The translations under genes were made by a program, and so were the position numbers. A stretch of 64,000 bases of DNA from Octopus sinensis (lineage: Eukaryota): positions 59,768,001 through 59,832,000 of the forward strand of contig NC_043004.1 in the NCBI RefSeq assembly GCF_006345805.1, read 5' to 3'. The notes under the pieces were generated by a model, which saw only the letters and a program-made list of their open reading frames with translations, did not search any database and was not told where the DNA came from. Numbering within the stretch: the stretch's first letter is position 1; each line of letters begins with the position of its first letter. This document shows positions 12,991 to 26,528 of the stretch, piece after piece.

Positions 12991-14176
12991 TAATTAGTCT
13001 AATTTAATCAGCCGATGGAAATTTATGACTGAATATTTATTGCCAAAGTAGTCCCTGATTATAGGTTATGAGGGGAAAACTGGGGTACAAATTTAACTGA
13101 GACCTAAAAATGCATTACCGAAAAAGATAAATTAACCAATAAAAAAAGGGGAATAAAAAATGAGATCATTAAATTAGACAACTACCAATCATGCAAACAT
13201 CGTGATGATGATGATTACTACATGCAACATGGATATTTATGCAAAACTGATGACAGATTACCACACATGCGACATTGTTGAAGCTAAAGGCTAAAGTAAA
13301 TCGTTGAAATAAGTTATTGGATATAAATAAACTAGCCTTTCAAAGGATAAAGTACATCTTCAGTACAATAATCTGAAGAAAAAGAGAAAGCAAACCAAAT
13401 GAAACCTCAAGGGAAATATTAATAGCATTCCGAAACTAACTCCTAAAAGATGAAATGGATGAAATATATCTAAGCTGTACACTATAAGAATGATGTATGA
13501 CCAAAAAGTAAACTAATATAAGATAACAAAAGCACAACTATAGATGGACTCCAGAAAAGCAAATCTCATTTGCATAATGAGGGACGATGAGAACATGGGA
13601 AATATATCTTTACCTAACAGGAAAGATGAAAATGAAACTGACAATTAAACACACTAAAGAAAGGTTAATTTAAGAAAAAAGTTTAAAACATAAAAATGTA
13701 CAATAGAATTTTAAAGATACACTAAAGGGAAAATATGATGAGAAAATGCAGCAGAACTTTTGTTTTAGATAATCAGTAAAGCTCTACAGATAGAAAGTAG
13801 GCCTATTATAAATCGATCGGAAGTTCAAACATTTTATGCGTAAGAAACAAATTATCTTGATTTTAGATGCCACAAACAGCTGAATATAAGATATACCAAA
13901 TCCCATACGAGAGCAAGTCTGATACGCCAATTTGCATACCATTCCTTTAACTGTCCCAATATATATATTCATGTGTGTGTGAATGAATAGATATAAATAT
14001 ATTTATGTAAATATATGTATATACATTCACAAATTCTACATACCCGTACGCATAAGTGCACGACACACATTCATACAGAACACCTACATACATGCACATG
14101 TACATATATATATATGTGTGTGTGTGTATGTGTGTGTGTATGTATGCGTGTGTGTGTATTTGTGTGTGCGTGTGAA

Positions 14177-14500
14177 GGCGCATTGCTCAGTGGGTAGAGC
14201 GTCGAGTTTACGATCATGAGGTTGTTAGTTCGATTCCCGTACCGGGCTTCGTGTTGTGTTCTAGAGCAAGACACTTTATTTCACGTTGCTCCAGTTCACT
14301 CAGCTGTAGAAACGAGTCGCGTCATCACAGGTACCAAGCTGCATCGGCCGTTGCCTTTCCCTTGGATAACACTGGTGGTGTGGCCGGTATGCATGGGCGA
14401 CTGCTGGTCTTCCACAAATAACCTTGCCCGGACTTGTTCCTCGGAGAGTAACTTTCTAGGTGCAATCCCATGGTCATTCATGACCGAGAGAGGTCTCCTC
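14177..14500 (+). mobile_element. SINE family C (tRNA-like head plus CORE-like central domain)
   Basis: ggcgcattgctcagtgggtagagcg...gttcgattccc (A and B boxes), then gtgttgtgttctagagcaagacactttatttcacgttgctccagttcactcagctgt. It ends in (CT)n(AT)n. Confidence 0.85.
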
Positions 14501-14524
14501 TCTCCCTCTCACTCTTTCACTATC

Positions 14525-14590
<66 letters not shown>

Positions 14591-14644
14591 AGGAAAATCA
14601 GTCAAGGTAGAAAATGCTAAAATAATTTTATATTGAAGAACATT

Positions 14645-14682
14645 TTAATACCGGTTTCAGCCTTTACGACTTTTTCAACTTA
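14645..14682 (-). ncRNA. Minimal type I hammerhead-like motif, U3-A8 core variant, weak stem I
   Basis: Minus strand reads UUGAAAA-AGUC(GUAAA)GGCU-GAAA-CCGG-UA, with palindromic stem III ACCGGU. Stem I is only partly paired. Confidence 0.45.
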
Positions 14683-14837
14683 GAGTAAGCATGAAAAATT
14701 AAATGAAATGCTTTTAAAAATATTTCCACAGTATTGTTTTCAAATGCAAGGGACATTTTCCATTTTTCTCTCTGTTTCTGTCTCTATTGTTCTTGTGAGT
14801 TCTAGGTAGTGGGCAGCTGGTAGTAGAAGTAGTAGTA

Positions 14838-14891
<54 letters not shown>

Positions 14892-15189
14892 AATAATAAT
14901 ATATATATATAAATGTATGTATATTATATATTTACTTCTATAAATAGTTTTCATATATATGTATGATATACATGTATATGGGGGTGAGGATATTTGGTGG
15001 CTTACCTGCCGAAATTTAATTTTGGCTTCGAACCTTTATTTCTATCAAACTTTCCGACGTGAAACTATCACAACTTGATCATGCATCCATTTCTCATAAG
15101 CTCCCTGGGACAACGTGGGACAGTGTGCGTCACTGGTTCATCCTAAATTCAACACAGTTTACATTTTGCTTACCTCTCAACATACACAT

Positions 15190-15840
15190 ATTTTCTCAAG
15201 TTGTGTGAGCTGCTAAAATAAGGTTCTCTGTTTCTTTTTTCTACTGCCCTTTTTTCAACCAAACCCAGCTTTTGGTTTTACATGTATCCTCACTGCATGC
15301 AAAATTGACCAAACAAATTTTTCCCTTCAACTTGTATAACATGCTCACTTCGAACTTCATTCTTGCCTTCTTCTCCTATTCCACAATCGATGACTTCTTC
15401 TTTATTCACTGACTTAAGTAATGTTTCTGTGTTTCTCTGTAAATATTCTAGTTGGCATTTTCATTTCATCAATACAAGCAGAAGTTCAGCCACGTCCGGT
15501 TCCTCTCTTCAAGTACAGCCATTTAATATCAGCTTTTGGATGGCTGGGTCCATACATTGTCAACAGCTTTCTAGTTTTTCTGTCAAGTTTCTGTATGTTG
15601 CTTTTACTTCAATCTACAATTCCAGTTCCATATTTGATTACCGGCACGGCTTGAATAGCTTGTCTTTGAATTCGACTTCGAAATTAATAATATTTTTCTC
15701 ATTCTCTTTGTATACTTCTTGCTTGTAATTTGCTTGATTTCATCTTTTCATGTTTTATTTCGTCTACATCCCGTATTCCCAAATACTTATACCAATGTGT
15801 TTTCTCATCTGCTTTCATTGTTTGCCCAACTGGCACTACC
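15190..15840 (-). mobile_element. Old R4/Dong-type LINE fragment (RT thumb region)
   Basis: The minus translation includes YKYLGI, AVPVIKYGTGIVD, KLDRKTRKLLTMYG and HPKADIKWLYLKRGTGRG. Confidence 0.8.
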
Positions 15841-16364
15841 CTTCCCTGGCATCCTTCAAATCCATCATCAACATCATCATCATCATCATCATGTACTGAA
15901 TATTACGTACAGTATATGAGCACTATGCATATTAAGTCCATATACTACACATGCAAACATACAGCTACATATGATCATGTGAAGCGGCAACTAGCAAAAT
16001 ATAGATAGATCTGACAAATGATTTTAGCATCGAAGTTTCCAAAATATCTGATTTTGTTTCTGCTTAATGTCAAAGCTTCCAAATCCCTGTTGCATTCTAG
16101 TTCTCGTTCGTTTTACTCCTATCATGAAAGGATTTTTAAATAATTGTTTGATTATACGCATTATAAACAAGAGAAAAAAAATTAAATAAGTTGTCCTTTT
16201 TAGTGAAAGGAATATAAGTCATGCGATAAGCAAAATCTATGAATAAGATACTCAAATGTTTACAGATATGCAGCTTTTTCGCATATTTAAATAAGTACGT
16301 ACGTATACATGTATGTATGCATTTATGTATGTATGTATGTATACGTGTGAGTGTGTGCATTTGT

Positions 16365-16395
<31 letters not shown>

Positions 16396-16425
16396 TGTAA
16401 AATAATATATGACAATTATTCAATA

Positions 16426-16495
16426 GCCAAGATAAAACTCTGAGTTTCGGATGCCGAAGTGGAAATCCACAACACCATCTCTTCGGGTATTTGGC
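16426..16495 (-). ncRNA. Antisense-arm hammerhead motif (stem I partly mismatched); second copy at 16803-16872
   Basis: Minus strand reads GCCAAAUAC CCGAAGA GAUG...CAUCC GAAA CUCAGAG UU UUAUCUUGGC. The core is the same, with a C.U mismatch at the first stem I pair. Confidence 0.55.
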
Positions 16496-16523
16496 CATCT
16501 GAAAAACGCTATGAAAAAATATG

Positions 16524-16593
16524 GCCAGATAACCGAAGAGATGGTGTTGTGGATTTCCACCTCGGCATCCGAAACTCAGAGTTTTATCCTGGC
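16524..16593 (+). ncRNA. Type I hammerhead ribozyme (U4C core variant), copy 1
   Basis: GCCAGAUAA | CCGAAGA | GAUG...GUGG(AUUU)CCAC...CAUCC | GAAA | CUCAGAG | UU^ | UUAUC(C)UGGC. Stem I has 9 bp with one bulge, stem II is closed by G-C, stem III is A-U/C-G/U-A, and the GUU site is cleaved after 16583. Confidence 0.75.
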
Positions 16594-16900
16594 TATTGAA
16601 TAATTGTCACATATTATTTTACAGATAAATTTCTTCTATTTACATAATATTGAGGTCTCTTTCTTTTCTTTGTTATCTTACCGTTTTTACCAATATATAT
16701 ATATGTGTGTGTGTGTATATATATGTGTATATATGCATGTATATATATATATATATTATATATATATATATCTGTAAAATAATATATGACAATTATTCAA
16801 TAGCCAAGATAAAACTCTGAGTTTCGGATGCCGAAGTGGAAATCCACAACACCATCTCTTCGGGTATTTGGCCATCTGAAAAACGCTATGAAAAAATATG

Positions 16901-16970
16901 GCCAGATAACCGAAGAGATGGTGTTGTGGATTTCCACCTCGGCATCCGAAACTCAGAGTTTTATCCTGGC
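16901..16970 (+). ncRNA. Type I hammerhead ribozyme (U4C core variant), copy 2
   Basis: Identical to 16524-16593, shifted by 377 bp; predicted cleavage after 16960. Confidence 0.75.
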
Positions 16971-17126
16971 TATTGAATAATTGTCACATATTATTTTACA
17001 GATAAATTTCTTCTATTTACATAATATTGAGGTCTCTTTCTTTTCTTTGTTATCTTACCGTTTTTACCAATATATATATATGTGTGTGTGTGTATATATA
17101 TGTGTATATATGCATGTATATATATA

Positions 17127-17160
<34 letters not shown>

Positions 17161-17164
<4 letters not shown>

Positions 17165-17460
17165 AAATATTAGGGAATAAATCCAAACTTACCGGGAAAA
17201 ATCAGATTTAGGATTGAATCCAATTTTATAGTAAAATATTATATTATATTAAATTAGAGATAAAACCACTATTAGGCAAATCATACAATGAAAAACTTAC
17301 GCCAATACGTAAGATTAATTAATTTATATTATTTAAATATATATCAAAATTATTAAAAAAGATAATTAATATAAAAATACGATCGTTTCATGCTTGTTCA
17401 ATTCTTAAAATTTTCGAGTTACAATCATTCTTCAGGTGGTTTACATATTTAACTTGGCGA
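17161..17460 (-). mobile_element. Probable Penelope pLTR-like remnant carrying a hammerhead core (17378-17435)
   Basis: Minus strand reads CUGAAGA-AUGAUUGU...ACAAGCAU-GAAA-CGAUCG-UA, with palindromic stem III ACGAUCGU. Stem I is not paired. It abuts (TA)n. Confidence 0.5.
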
Positions 17461-17891
17461 GGTTTAATCAATATATATATATACATATGTACATATGCAT
17501 AGAAATGTGAGTGTGCGTGTGTGTGTGTGTGGTGTGTTGTAGTGCCAGATGATGCTTATGCTGCACAAAAACATTTGTCTATGAAATATACAACCGTGTT
17601 AAGCTTTATCGCAACTTTTGAATATATTACAACATATATCAGCTATATAATTCCTCACTCATTAGTATCTGATGATGGTTGAGAAAAATCGGAAAGAAGC
17701 GACGCCTGGTGTCTGGTTTGTAAACGGGAAAAATAAGGTAATTTTCTAACCTTTAATTATAGCTACGTTGCCAATAAATGCTACATCATCAGGAAGGAAT
17801 TTCACAATAAAGTCATCGTAGTGGATCCCAGGTGCATTCAGGATTATGATGACTAACAAAAGTGTACTTGCAATACTCTAACGGAAATGAA

Positions 17892-18317
17892 GGGGCGAGC
17901 TGGCAGAGACGTTCGCACACTAGGCGAAATGCTCAGTGGTATTTCGTCTGCCGTAAGGTTCTGGGTTCAAATTCCGCCGAGGTCGAATTTGACTTTCATC
18001 CTTTCGGGGTCGATAAATTAAGTATCAGATACACACTGGTGTCGACGTAATCGACTTAATCCTTTCGTCTCTCCTTGTTTGTTCCCTCTGTGTTTAGCCC
18101 TTTATGGGCAATAAAGAAATAAGAAACGTTAGCACGCCAGGCGAAATGCCCAGTAGTATTTCGTCTGTCTTTACGTTCTGATTTCAAATTCCGACGAGTC
18201 GACGTTGCCTTTGATGCTTCCGGGGGCGATAAATTAAGTACTGTTTGCGTACTGGAGTCGATCTAATCGACTGGCGTCCTCCCCAAAAATATAGGTTCTT
18301 GTGCCTCGAATAGAATG
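17892..18317 (+). mobile_element. SINE family A, dimeric form
   Basis: ggggcgagctggcagagacgttcgcac head, ggttcaaattcc B box and gtcgataaattaagta body, followed by a second partial head and body. Confidence 0.88.
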
Positions 18318-18818
18318 GGAAAAAATACTCTAACAGGAATAGAGACCAGCAATGCAAAGCAGTACGGCTCCTGACCGTTCGTTGTAATCAACAGCCAAGA
18401 CCTCTTTCAAATCAGTCCTGAGCAATATCTATTTTATCTGCGTTCACAGGTCTGATCTGTCACACTTGACCAGTTGATAAAGCGTATCGACACTACTCTT
18501 AAATTTCGAATAACAACTTTTAAAGTAGGAAATAAACAAAAGGTGGCGGACTCAAATGAGAGTATTCGGATTTTTGTTCCCCCCGAGAAATCGAGTAGTT
18601 TGTGTCATTCAAGGGAGGGCATCGACTTAAATATTCCAACACTGAAAAATCCAAATGATTTCGTTATGACTGTGATGTTGCATGTAATCTTGCATGGTTA
18701 AGTCAGTCTAATTTCGTGTACAGGGTTGTTTGCATGGCGTGTTATTTAGCATAAATGTTCTATGAGATAATTGTCTCTGCATGTATGTGAATATACGTTT
18801 ATATGAATATATCCAAGG

Positions 18819-18823
<5 letters not shown>

Positions 18824-18876
<53 letters not shown>

Positions 18877-18950
18877 GCATATATATATACATACATAATA
18901 TATATATGTATGTATATATATATGCATGTATATATATATATATATATATG

Positions 18951-19004
<54 letters not shown>

Positions 19005-19017
19005 CATGCATATATAT

Positions 19018-19060
<43 letters not shown>

Positions 19061-19104
19061 ATATATGCACACACACACAAATATATATATATATATATAT
19101 ATAT
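18824..19104. repeat. (TA)n-rich microsatellite
   Basis: Directly visible. Confidence 0.95.
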
Positions 19105-19235
19105 GCCAGTTTGCCTTTCATTTATTTTGGTGCATATTTTATATTTAAAGATACAGAGGCGTGAATACATAATTAATGATTACTTATTTATTCTTCTGCT
19201 CTTCGCAATGGATTTATCGTCAATGTGGACCTTAA

Positions 19236-19266
<31 letters not shown>

Positions 19267-19453
19267 GAGAGAGACAGAAAGGGAGAGGTAGAGAGACTGT
19301 TATAACCACACTCGCACATACATGCACAAACACATACCACACATATATGTATATACTCGCACACACTCGTTTGAGAGATGCATACATATTCAGTTGCTTT
19401 GCCATACTTTTGCTCGTCGTCTCTCCTTTTCATTGACGTGTTTATCTCTTATA

Positions 19454-19458
<5 letters not shown>

Positions 19459-19532
<74 letters not shown>

Positions 19533-19548
19533 CATCTACCTATCTATG

Positions 19549-19639
<91 letters not shown>

Positions 19640-19680
19640 GTCTGTCTGTGTGTCTATCTGTCTATCTGTCTGTCTATCTC
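19459..19680. repeat. (TCTA)n/(TCTG)n tetranucleotide microsatellite
   Basis: Directly visible. Confidence 0.95.
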
Positions 19681-20196
19681 GCTGTATGTCGCCGTGCTCT
19701 CCAAACATTCTTCCCCTCGGTTAGGTATGCCTATGTAATATATTTTCACACAGACATAGACACACATACATACAAACACACATACACACACACGGACACA
19801 AGATGTAACAGATGTACAGAGTGAGAGATAAATAAGTAGATAGACAGACAGATAGCTTGAGAGTGCGAATGATTCATAGAGAATGACAGAAATAAAGAAA
19901 GAGAGCAATAGAGAGTGAGGGTGGTATTGAGAGGAAGATACATTTATGGAGAGGTATAATGAGTGAGAGAGTGAGGAAACTGGAAAGAGTGATAACAATC
20001 TGGCTCTCACGGGCACGCAAGAACTCTGTTGTTAGGAAGGAAATGGACCGTTACTCACGTTAGACAGGAACGTTTATTTACCGTCGCCTCATCTGATATA
20101 AACCGCTGATTCAAAGAAATACGTTGCTACTCGGCAGACACTCGCGGTGACTCACACAACAGTACCGATGTGGTTAATAGAACTATCACCACCACC

Positions 20197-20295
<99 letters not shown>

Positions 20296-20329
20296 GCTGC
20301 TGCTGCTGCCACTGCAACTACTACTACTA

Positions 20330-20364
<35 letters not shown>

Positions 20365-20495
20365 ACTACTACTACTAGTAATAATAAAATACTACTACCA
20401 CTACTACTACTACTACTACTACTAATAATAATAATAATAATTTTCAACTAGCAATAACCACGCCTAGGATAAGCCTCATCGACTATGGTCGCCCT

Positions 20496-21050
20496 GATGC
20501 AGTACCAGACACTGGCTCTCATGGCTTTTGATCTTAACTGATTGGAAGTGTTATTATGTACGTTGTTTTGTCTTGGTATAAAAAATGGGCTACAGCACAT
20601 ATTCTGCTCAATGCCACAGATTTGCTTGTCAATTGCTTGTCCTTAACCAGTTGAGTATGTCCCGTAGTGGCTGACGATATGTGCATCTCGGATCACGAGT
20701 AGAAGCAGGGGGGGAGCATCATAGCCATGTGTTAAGAGGGATTCTTTCGAGTTTGGATAATTCACCTTTGGGAACATGGTTATTTTGTTCATCCTTAAAC
20801 AATACTTATTCAAGGACCATTTTAGCGGGATGGGTTACCCGACATGAATAAGTTCTAACTGGGCCTCCACCTGCAAGGTCATTCGCTGGTTATCTTGATA
20901 TGAGATCACCATGTCGCGCACATATGGTTGTGATGCATGTGCCTGGTGTACCCTTATCAGACAGGTAGTCATGATGGGTATGCTGGGCTTCGTATATTTC
21001 ACCCCAGTGTCACTTTGATGGCATGCACTGCCCTCTCACTCAATAATAAT
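20496..21050 (+). mobile_element. Family E (AAT)n-tailed repeat (duplicated at ~22675-23225)
   Basis: Same sequence as 9625-10137, ending ctctcact-caataataataat. Confidence 0.85.
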
Positions 21051-21061
21051 AATGATAATAA

Positions 21062-21320
21062 TGGGCTCAACTTTGAGGTCGAGGCCAATTATCTTGCTGG
21101 TGGGGGAACATCGATTATATCGATCCTAGTGCGCGAATATAACTTATTTTATCAACCCTGAAAGGATGAAAAGCAAAGTCGACCTCGGCGTAATTCGAGC
21201 TCAGAACGTAAAGACATGCGAAATGCCTATGGGAATTTTGCCTGGTGTACTAAAGATTCAGGCAGCTCGCCGCCTTTAACAACAGAAGCAACAACAACAA
21301 CAATAACTATAATAATAATA

Positions 21321-21356
<36 letters not shown>

Positions 21357-21405
21357 TACTAATAATGATAAAAATAATTATGATAATGATGATGATGATG
21401 ATGAA

Positions 21406-21468
<63 letters not shown>

Positions 21469-21672
21469 CCGTTTTACTATAGGCGTAATCCTGAAATTTA
21501 GCGGGAGGGAATAGTCGATTACATCGACTCCAGTACACAGGTGGTACTTAACCTATCGATCCGGAAAGATCAATGGCAAAGTCGACCTCGGCGGAAACTG
21601 AACTCAGAACGTAGTGACGGGGCGAAATACCGCTAAATCATGTCCTCTAGCACGTTATCGCTTGTGCCAGCT
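21062..21672 (-). mobile_element. Two family A SINEs separated by (AAT)n (duplicated at ~23242-23830)
   Basis: Reverse-complement family A bodies (gaaaggatgaaaagcaaagtcgacctcggcg; aaagtcgacctcggcggaaactgaactcagaacg). Confidence 0.8.
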
Positions 21673-21843
21673 CAGTAACAACAACAATAATAATAATATT
21701 AGTAATAATAATAATATAATAATAATAATAATAATAATATAATAATATAATAATAATAATAATGCTAAGGTTGATGGTGGTGAGATGATAATGTTGAAGA
21801 TGTTAACAGCAACAATAACGACAAAAACAGCAGTAACAAAAGC

Positions 21844-21877
<34 letters not shown>

Positions 21878-22321
21878 TAATAATAATAATAATAATAATA
21901 TAAATATAATAACAACAACAACAACAACAACGATGGCACAAATAAAAAGAATAAAGTTTGCAAAAACAGCAAGACCACACGGTAAAATGTAAGTGATTTG
22001 CATTGGGCTTCCCAAGCAAAGGGGCAGTAAATTTTCCATTGATAATAGATATATCATTTAAAGCCCATTTACCAAAGTTTTTTGTTTTTTATTATTATTT
22101 ATTTGTTTATTTATAAATGTTTCTTTTTCTTTTTTTGTTTGTTTTTTTCTTTGACAGCATGTAGTCTATAGAAACAAAATTGATAAATCGACACTGATTA
22201 CTCATGTTAACGAAGAGAGTAAATTTTCTACGTTTATCGCTGCCACCCTACGCAAACACCACCATCATCATTACTACACCACTCTTGTTATCATCGTCTC
22301 CTCCTCCTCCTCCTCCTCCCC

Positions 22322-22354
<33 letters not shown>

Positions 22355-22369
22355 ACTACCACCACCACC

Positions 22370-22409
<40 letters not shown>

Positions 22410-23536
22410 TACTACTACCACCACCACCACTACCACTACTACTACTATACTACTACTACTACTACTACTTCTGCTGCTGCTGCTGCCACTGCAACTACTA
22501 CTACTACTACTACTACTATACTACTACTGCTGCTGCTGCTGCTACTACTACTACTAGTAATAATAAAATACTACTACTACTACTACTACTACTACTAATA
22601 ATAATAATAATAATAATAATTTTCAACTAGCAATAACCACGCCTAGGATAAGCCTCATCGACTATGGTCGCCCTGATGCAGTACCAGACACTGGCTCTCA
22701 TGGCTTTTGATCTTAACTGATTGGAAGTGTTATTATGTACGTTGTTTTGTCTTGGTATAAAAAATGGGCTACAGCACATATTCTGCTCAATGCCACAGAT
22801 TTGCTTGTCAATTGCTTGTCCTTAACCAGTTGAGTATGTCCCGTAGTGGCTGACGATATGTGCATCTCGGATCACGAGTAGAAGCAGGGGGGGAGCATCA
22901 TAGCCATGTGTTAAGAGGGATTCTTTCGAGTTTGGATAATTCACCTTTGGGAACATGGTTATTTTGTTCATCCTTAAACAATACTTATTCAAGGACCATT
23001 TTAGCGGGATGGGTTACCCGACATGAAATAAGTTCTAACTGGGCCTCCACCTGCAAGGTCATTCGCTGGTTATCTTGATATGAGATCACCATGTCGCGCA
23101 CATATGGTTGTGATGCATGTGCCTGGTGTACCCTTATCAGACAGGTAGTCATGATGGGTATGCTGGGCTTCGTATATTTCACCCCAGTGTTACTTTGATG
23201 GCATGCACTGCTCTCTCACTCAATAATAATAATGATAATAATGGGCTCAACTTTGAGGTCGAGGCCAATTATCTTGCTGGTGGGGGAACATCGATTATAT
23301 CGATCCTAGTGCGCGAATATAACTTATTTTATCAACCCTGAAAGGATGAAAAGCAAAGTCGACCTCGGCGTAATTCGAGCTCAGAACGTAAAGACATGCG
23401 AAATGCCTATGGGAATTTTGCCTGGTGTACTAAAGATTCAGGCAGCTCGCCGCCTTTAACAACAGAAGCAACAACAACAACAATAACTATAATAATAATA
23501 ATAATGATACTAATAATGATAAAAATAATTATGATA

Positions 23537-23628
<92 letters not shown>

Positions 23629-23857
23629 CCGTTTTACTATAGGCGTAATCCTGAATTTAGCGGAGGGAATAGTCGATTACATCGACTCCAGTACACAGGT
23701 GGTACTTAACCTATCGATCCGAAAGATCAATGGCAAAGTCGACCTCGCGGAAACTGAACTCAGAACGTAGTGACGGGGCGAAATACCGCTAAATCATGTC
23801 CTCTAGCACGTTATCGCTTGTGCCAGCTCAGTAACAACAACAATAATAATAATATTA

Positions 23858-23920
<63 letters not shown>

Positions 23921-23999
23921 CTAAGGTTGATGGTGGTGAGATGATAATGTTGAAGATGTTAACAGCAACAATAACGACAAAAACAGCAGTAACAAAAGC

Positions 24000-24070
<71 letters not shown>

Positions 24071-24494
24071 CAACAACAACAACAACGATGGCACAAATAA
24101 AAAGAATAAAGTTTGCAAAAACAGCAAGACCACACGGTAAAATGTAAGTGATTTGCATTGGGCTTCCCAAGCAAAGGGGCAGTAAATTTTCCCATTGATA
24201 ATAGATATATCATTTAAAGCCCATTTACCAAAGTTTTTTTGTTTTTTATTATTTATTTATTTGTTTATTTATAAATGTTTCTTTTTCTTTTTTTGTTTGT
24301 TTTTTTCTTTGACAGCATGTAGTCTATAGAAACAGAATTGATAAATCGACACTGATTACTCATGTTAACGAAGAGAGTAAATTTTCTACGTTTATCGCTG
24401 CCACCCTACGCAAACACCACCATCATCATTACTACACCACTCTTGTTATCATCGTCTCCTCCTCCTCCTCCTCCTCCTCCTCCTCCTCCTCCCC

Positions 24495-24534
<40 letters not shown>

Positions 24535-24545
24535 CACCACCACCA

Positions 24546-24660
<115 letters not shown>

Positions 24661-24884
24661 GCTGCTACACCGTCACCAATTCTACCGTCGTTGCAGCTGC
24701 CGTTTCTCCTGCCTCTGCCAATGCTATTTATTTTGCTAAAGGTATTCTCGATGTTTATCTGTACTTCCGTTTCTTCTTTATTATAAAGATAATATTACAT
24801 AAGCGATAACTTATTTTATCCCCCTTGCTCATATATCTCGCATTTCACTGACCGCCCACTTGCCTCACTGCAAGCTGCACCTTC

Positions 24885-24916
<32 letters not shown>

Positions 24917-25273
24917 TACCCATTTATTCACATGTATTTAATCTCAAGCATACAGATGCGACCCTACACTCGATCCTGTTCATATACATGCATGTACAAT
25001 AACATACATTGACGCAACTTAGTTTTATTCCTCACACGCAGCAAAAATGACGAGAAGGCAGAATATTTAACGCACCGGACAAAATGCTTAATGTCATTTC
25101 TTCCGGATCCTTTGCATTCTGGGCTCAAATACCGCCGTGATCAAGTTTGGCTTTCTTCGTTTCGGTGTCGCTACACACCACTTGATTACCTTCATACCTT
25201 CTAAAGCACACACGCACACGCGCGAGTAAACATAAACATACTCAGTTTAATAGTATACACACACACACACACA

Positions 25274-25381
<108 letters not shown>

Positions 25382-25461
25382 CGTCATAAAAGTTTATGAA
25401 CAGATGTTTCATTATTTTAACAGTTCAAATTGAAAGGGGAAAATTTGGGGCGCAGTTGCAC

Positions 25462-25780
25462 TGCGCAACATCTTGGAAAGCGTCTTCTACTATAGCCTCG
25501 GGCCTAACAAAGTCTTGTGAGTAGATTTGGTAGACGTAGAGTGAAAGAAGCTTGACGTATAAATGTGTCCGTTTCTTTGAACCCGCTTTTGCCCCACAGT
25601 ACCGCTGGACAATCGCTTTCTGTGTGTTTACGTCCCGGTAACACAGCGGTCCGGCAACAGAAAGTAAAAAAGACCAGGCTTTATAAAAAATAACTACTTG
25701 GGTCGATTTGCTCGACTAAAATTTGTTCAAGGCTATACTCGCCTCCTGTGATCGCAGTTTGATGACAGAAACAAGCAGGA
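25462..25780 (+). mobile_element. SINE family B, degenerate
   Basis: Contains gtcttctactatagcctcgggcc...gatttggtagacg and tgggtcgatttgctcgactaaa. Confidence 0.7.
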
Positions 25781-25936
25781 CGAACAATTATAAGATATTT
25801 ATTAGGTTGAAAAAACCGGTTGGATTGTAAAATTCGGAAGCAGCCTTCGCCTTTTTCTATCCACACGACTGTTTTGAAACCAAATATTAAGGATATTATT
25901 CAGAGCTTTCGAGTTCAGCCTTTATAAAATATCCAT

Positions 25937-25981
<45 letters not shown>

Positions 25982-26249
25982 GTGTGTGTTTGGGGAGCGG
26001 GGTCTACAATTTCAATGCCATTATGTATTCGATCTATTAAGATTGTTGTGTATTCCAAATACAAGTCTACAAAGAGCATAATTGTGAAGTAGATTCAGTG
26101 TGAGAATCTGCACAGAAAATTCCGAGTTACAATTTATAATGACATTATTTGCAGCAACCGAAATATTTGCCGGAAAATAGAAATTTTCTTCAACAGCAAA
26201 CGAATCGAGAAATTTAAGATATCGAATGAAACATCTCAAGCATTCGAAC

Positions 26250-26468
26250 CGGCAGAAACGTTAGCACGCCGGGCGAAATGCGTAATTGTATTTCATCTGT
26301 TTTTACGTTCCGAGTTCAAATTCCGCCGAGCTCGACTTTGCCTTTCATCCTTTCGGGGTCGATAAATTAAGTACCAGTTATGCACTGGGGTCGATGTAAT
26401 CAACTTAACCCCTTTGTCTGTCCTTGTTTGTCCCCTCTGTTTTAGCCCCCTGTGGGTAGTAAAGAAAT
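26250..26468 (+). mobile_element. SINE family A
   Basis: ggcagaaacgttagcacgccgggcgaaatg...gagttcaaattccgccgag...gtcgataaattaagtaccag. Confidence 0.9.
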
Positions 26469-26494
26469 ATATATATATATATTATATATATATA

Positions 26495-26528
<34 letters not shown>

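Larger units (their letters stand above)
16394..17070. repeat. Two tandem copies (377 bp period) of a 232-bp palindrome plus tail, embedded in (TA)n
   Basis: Palindromes at 16394-16625 and 16771-17002 have ~105-bp arms (tctgtaaaataat...ttggccat / atggccag...attattttacaga). Each is followed by the same tail and an identical (TA)/(TG) tract. Confidence 0.95.

Noticed and set aside
13380-13780. Possible CR1-like LINE 3' remnant
   Set aside because: Only vague similarity with no diagnostic motif recoverable.
14177-14250. Possible tRNA gene
   Set aside because: The tRNA-like head continues directly into a SINE body; there is no clean acceptor stem or terminator.
17668-17700. ctgatga...gaaa hammerhead-like string
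   Set aside because: No stem III/UH site and no stem I could be formed.
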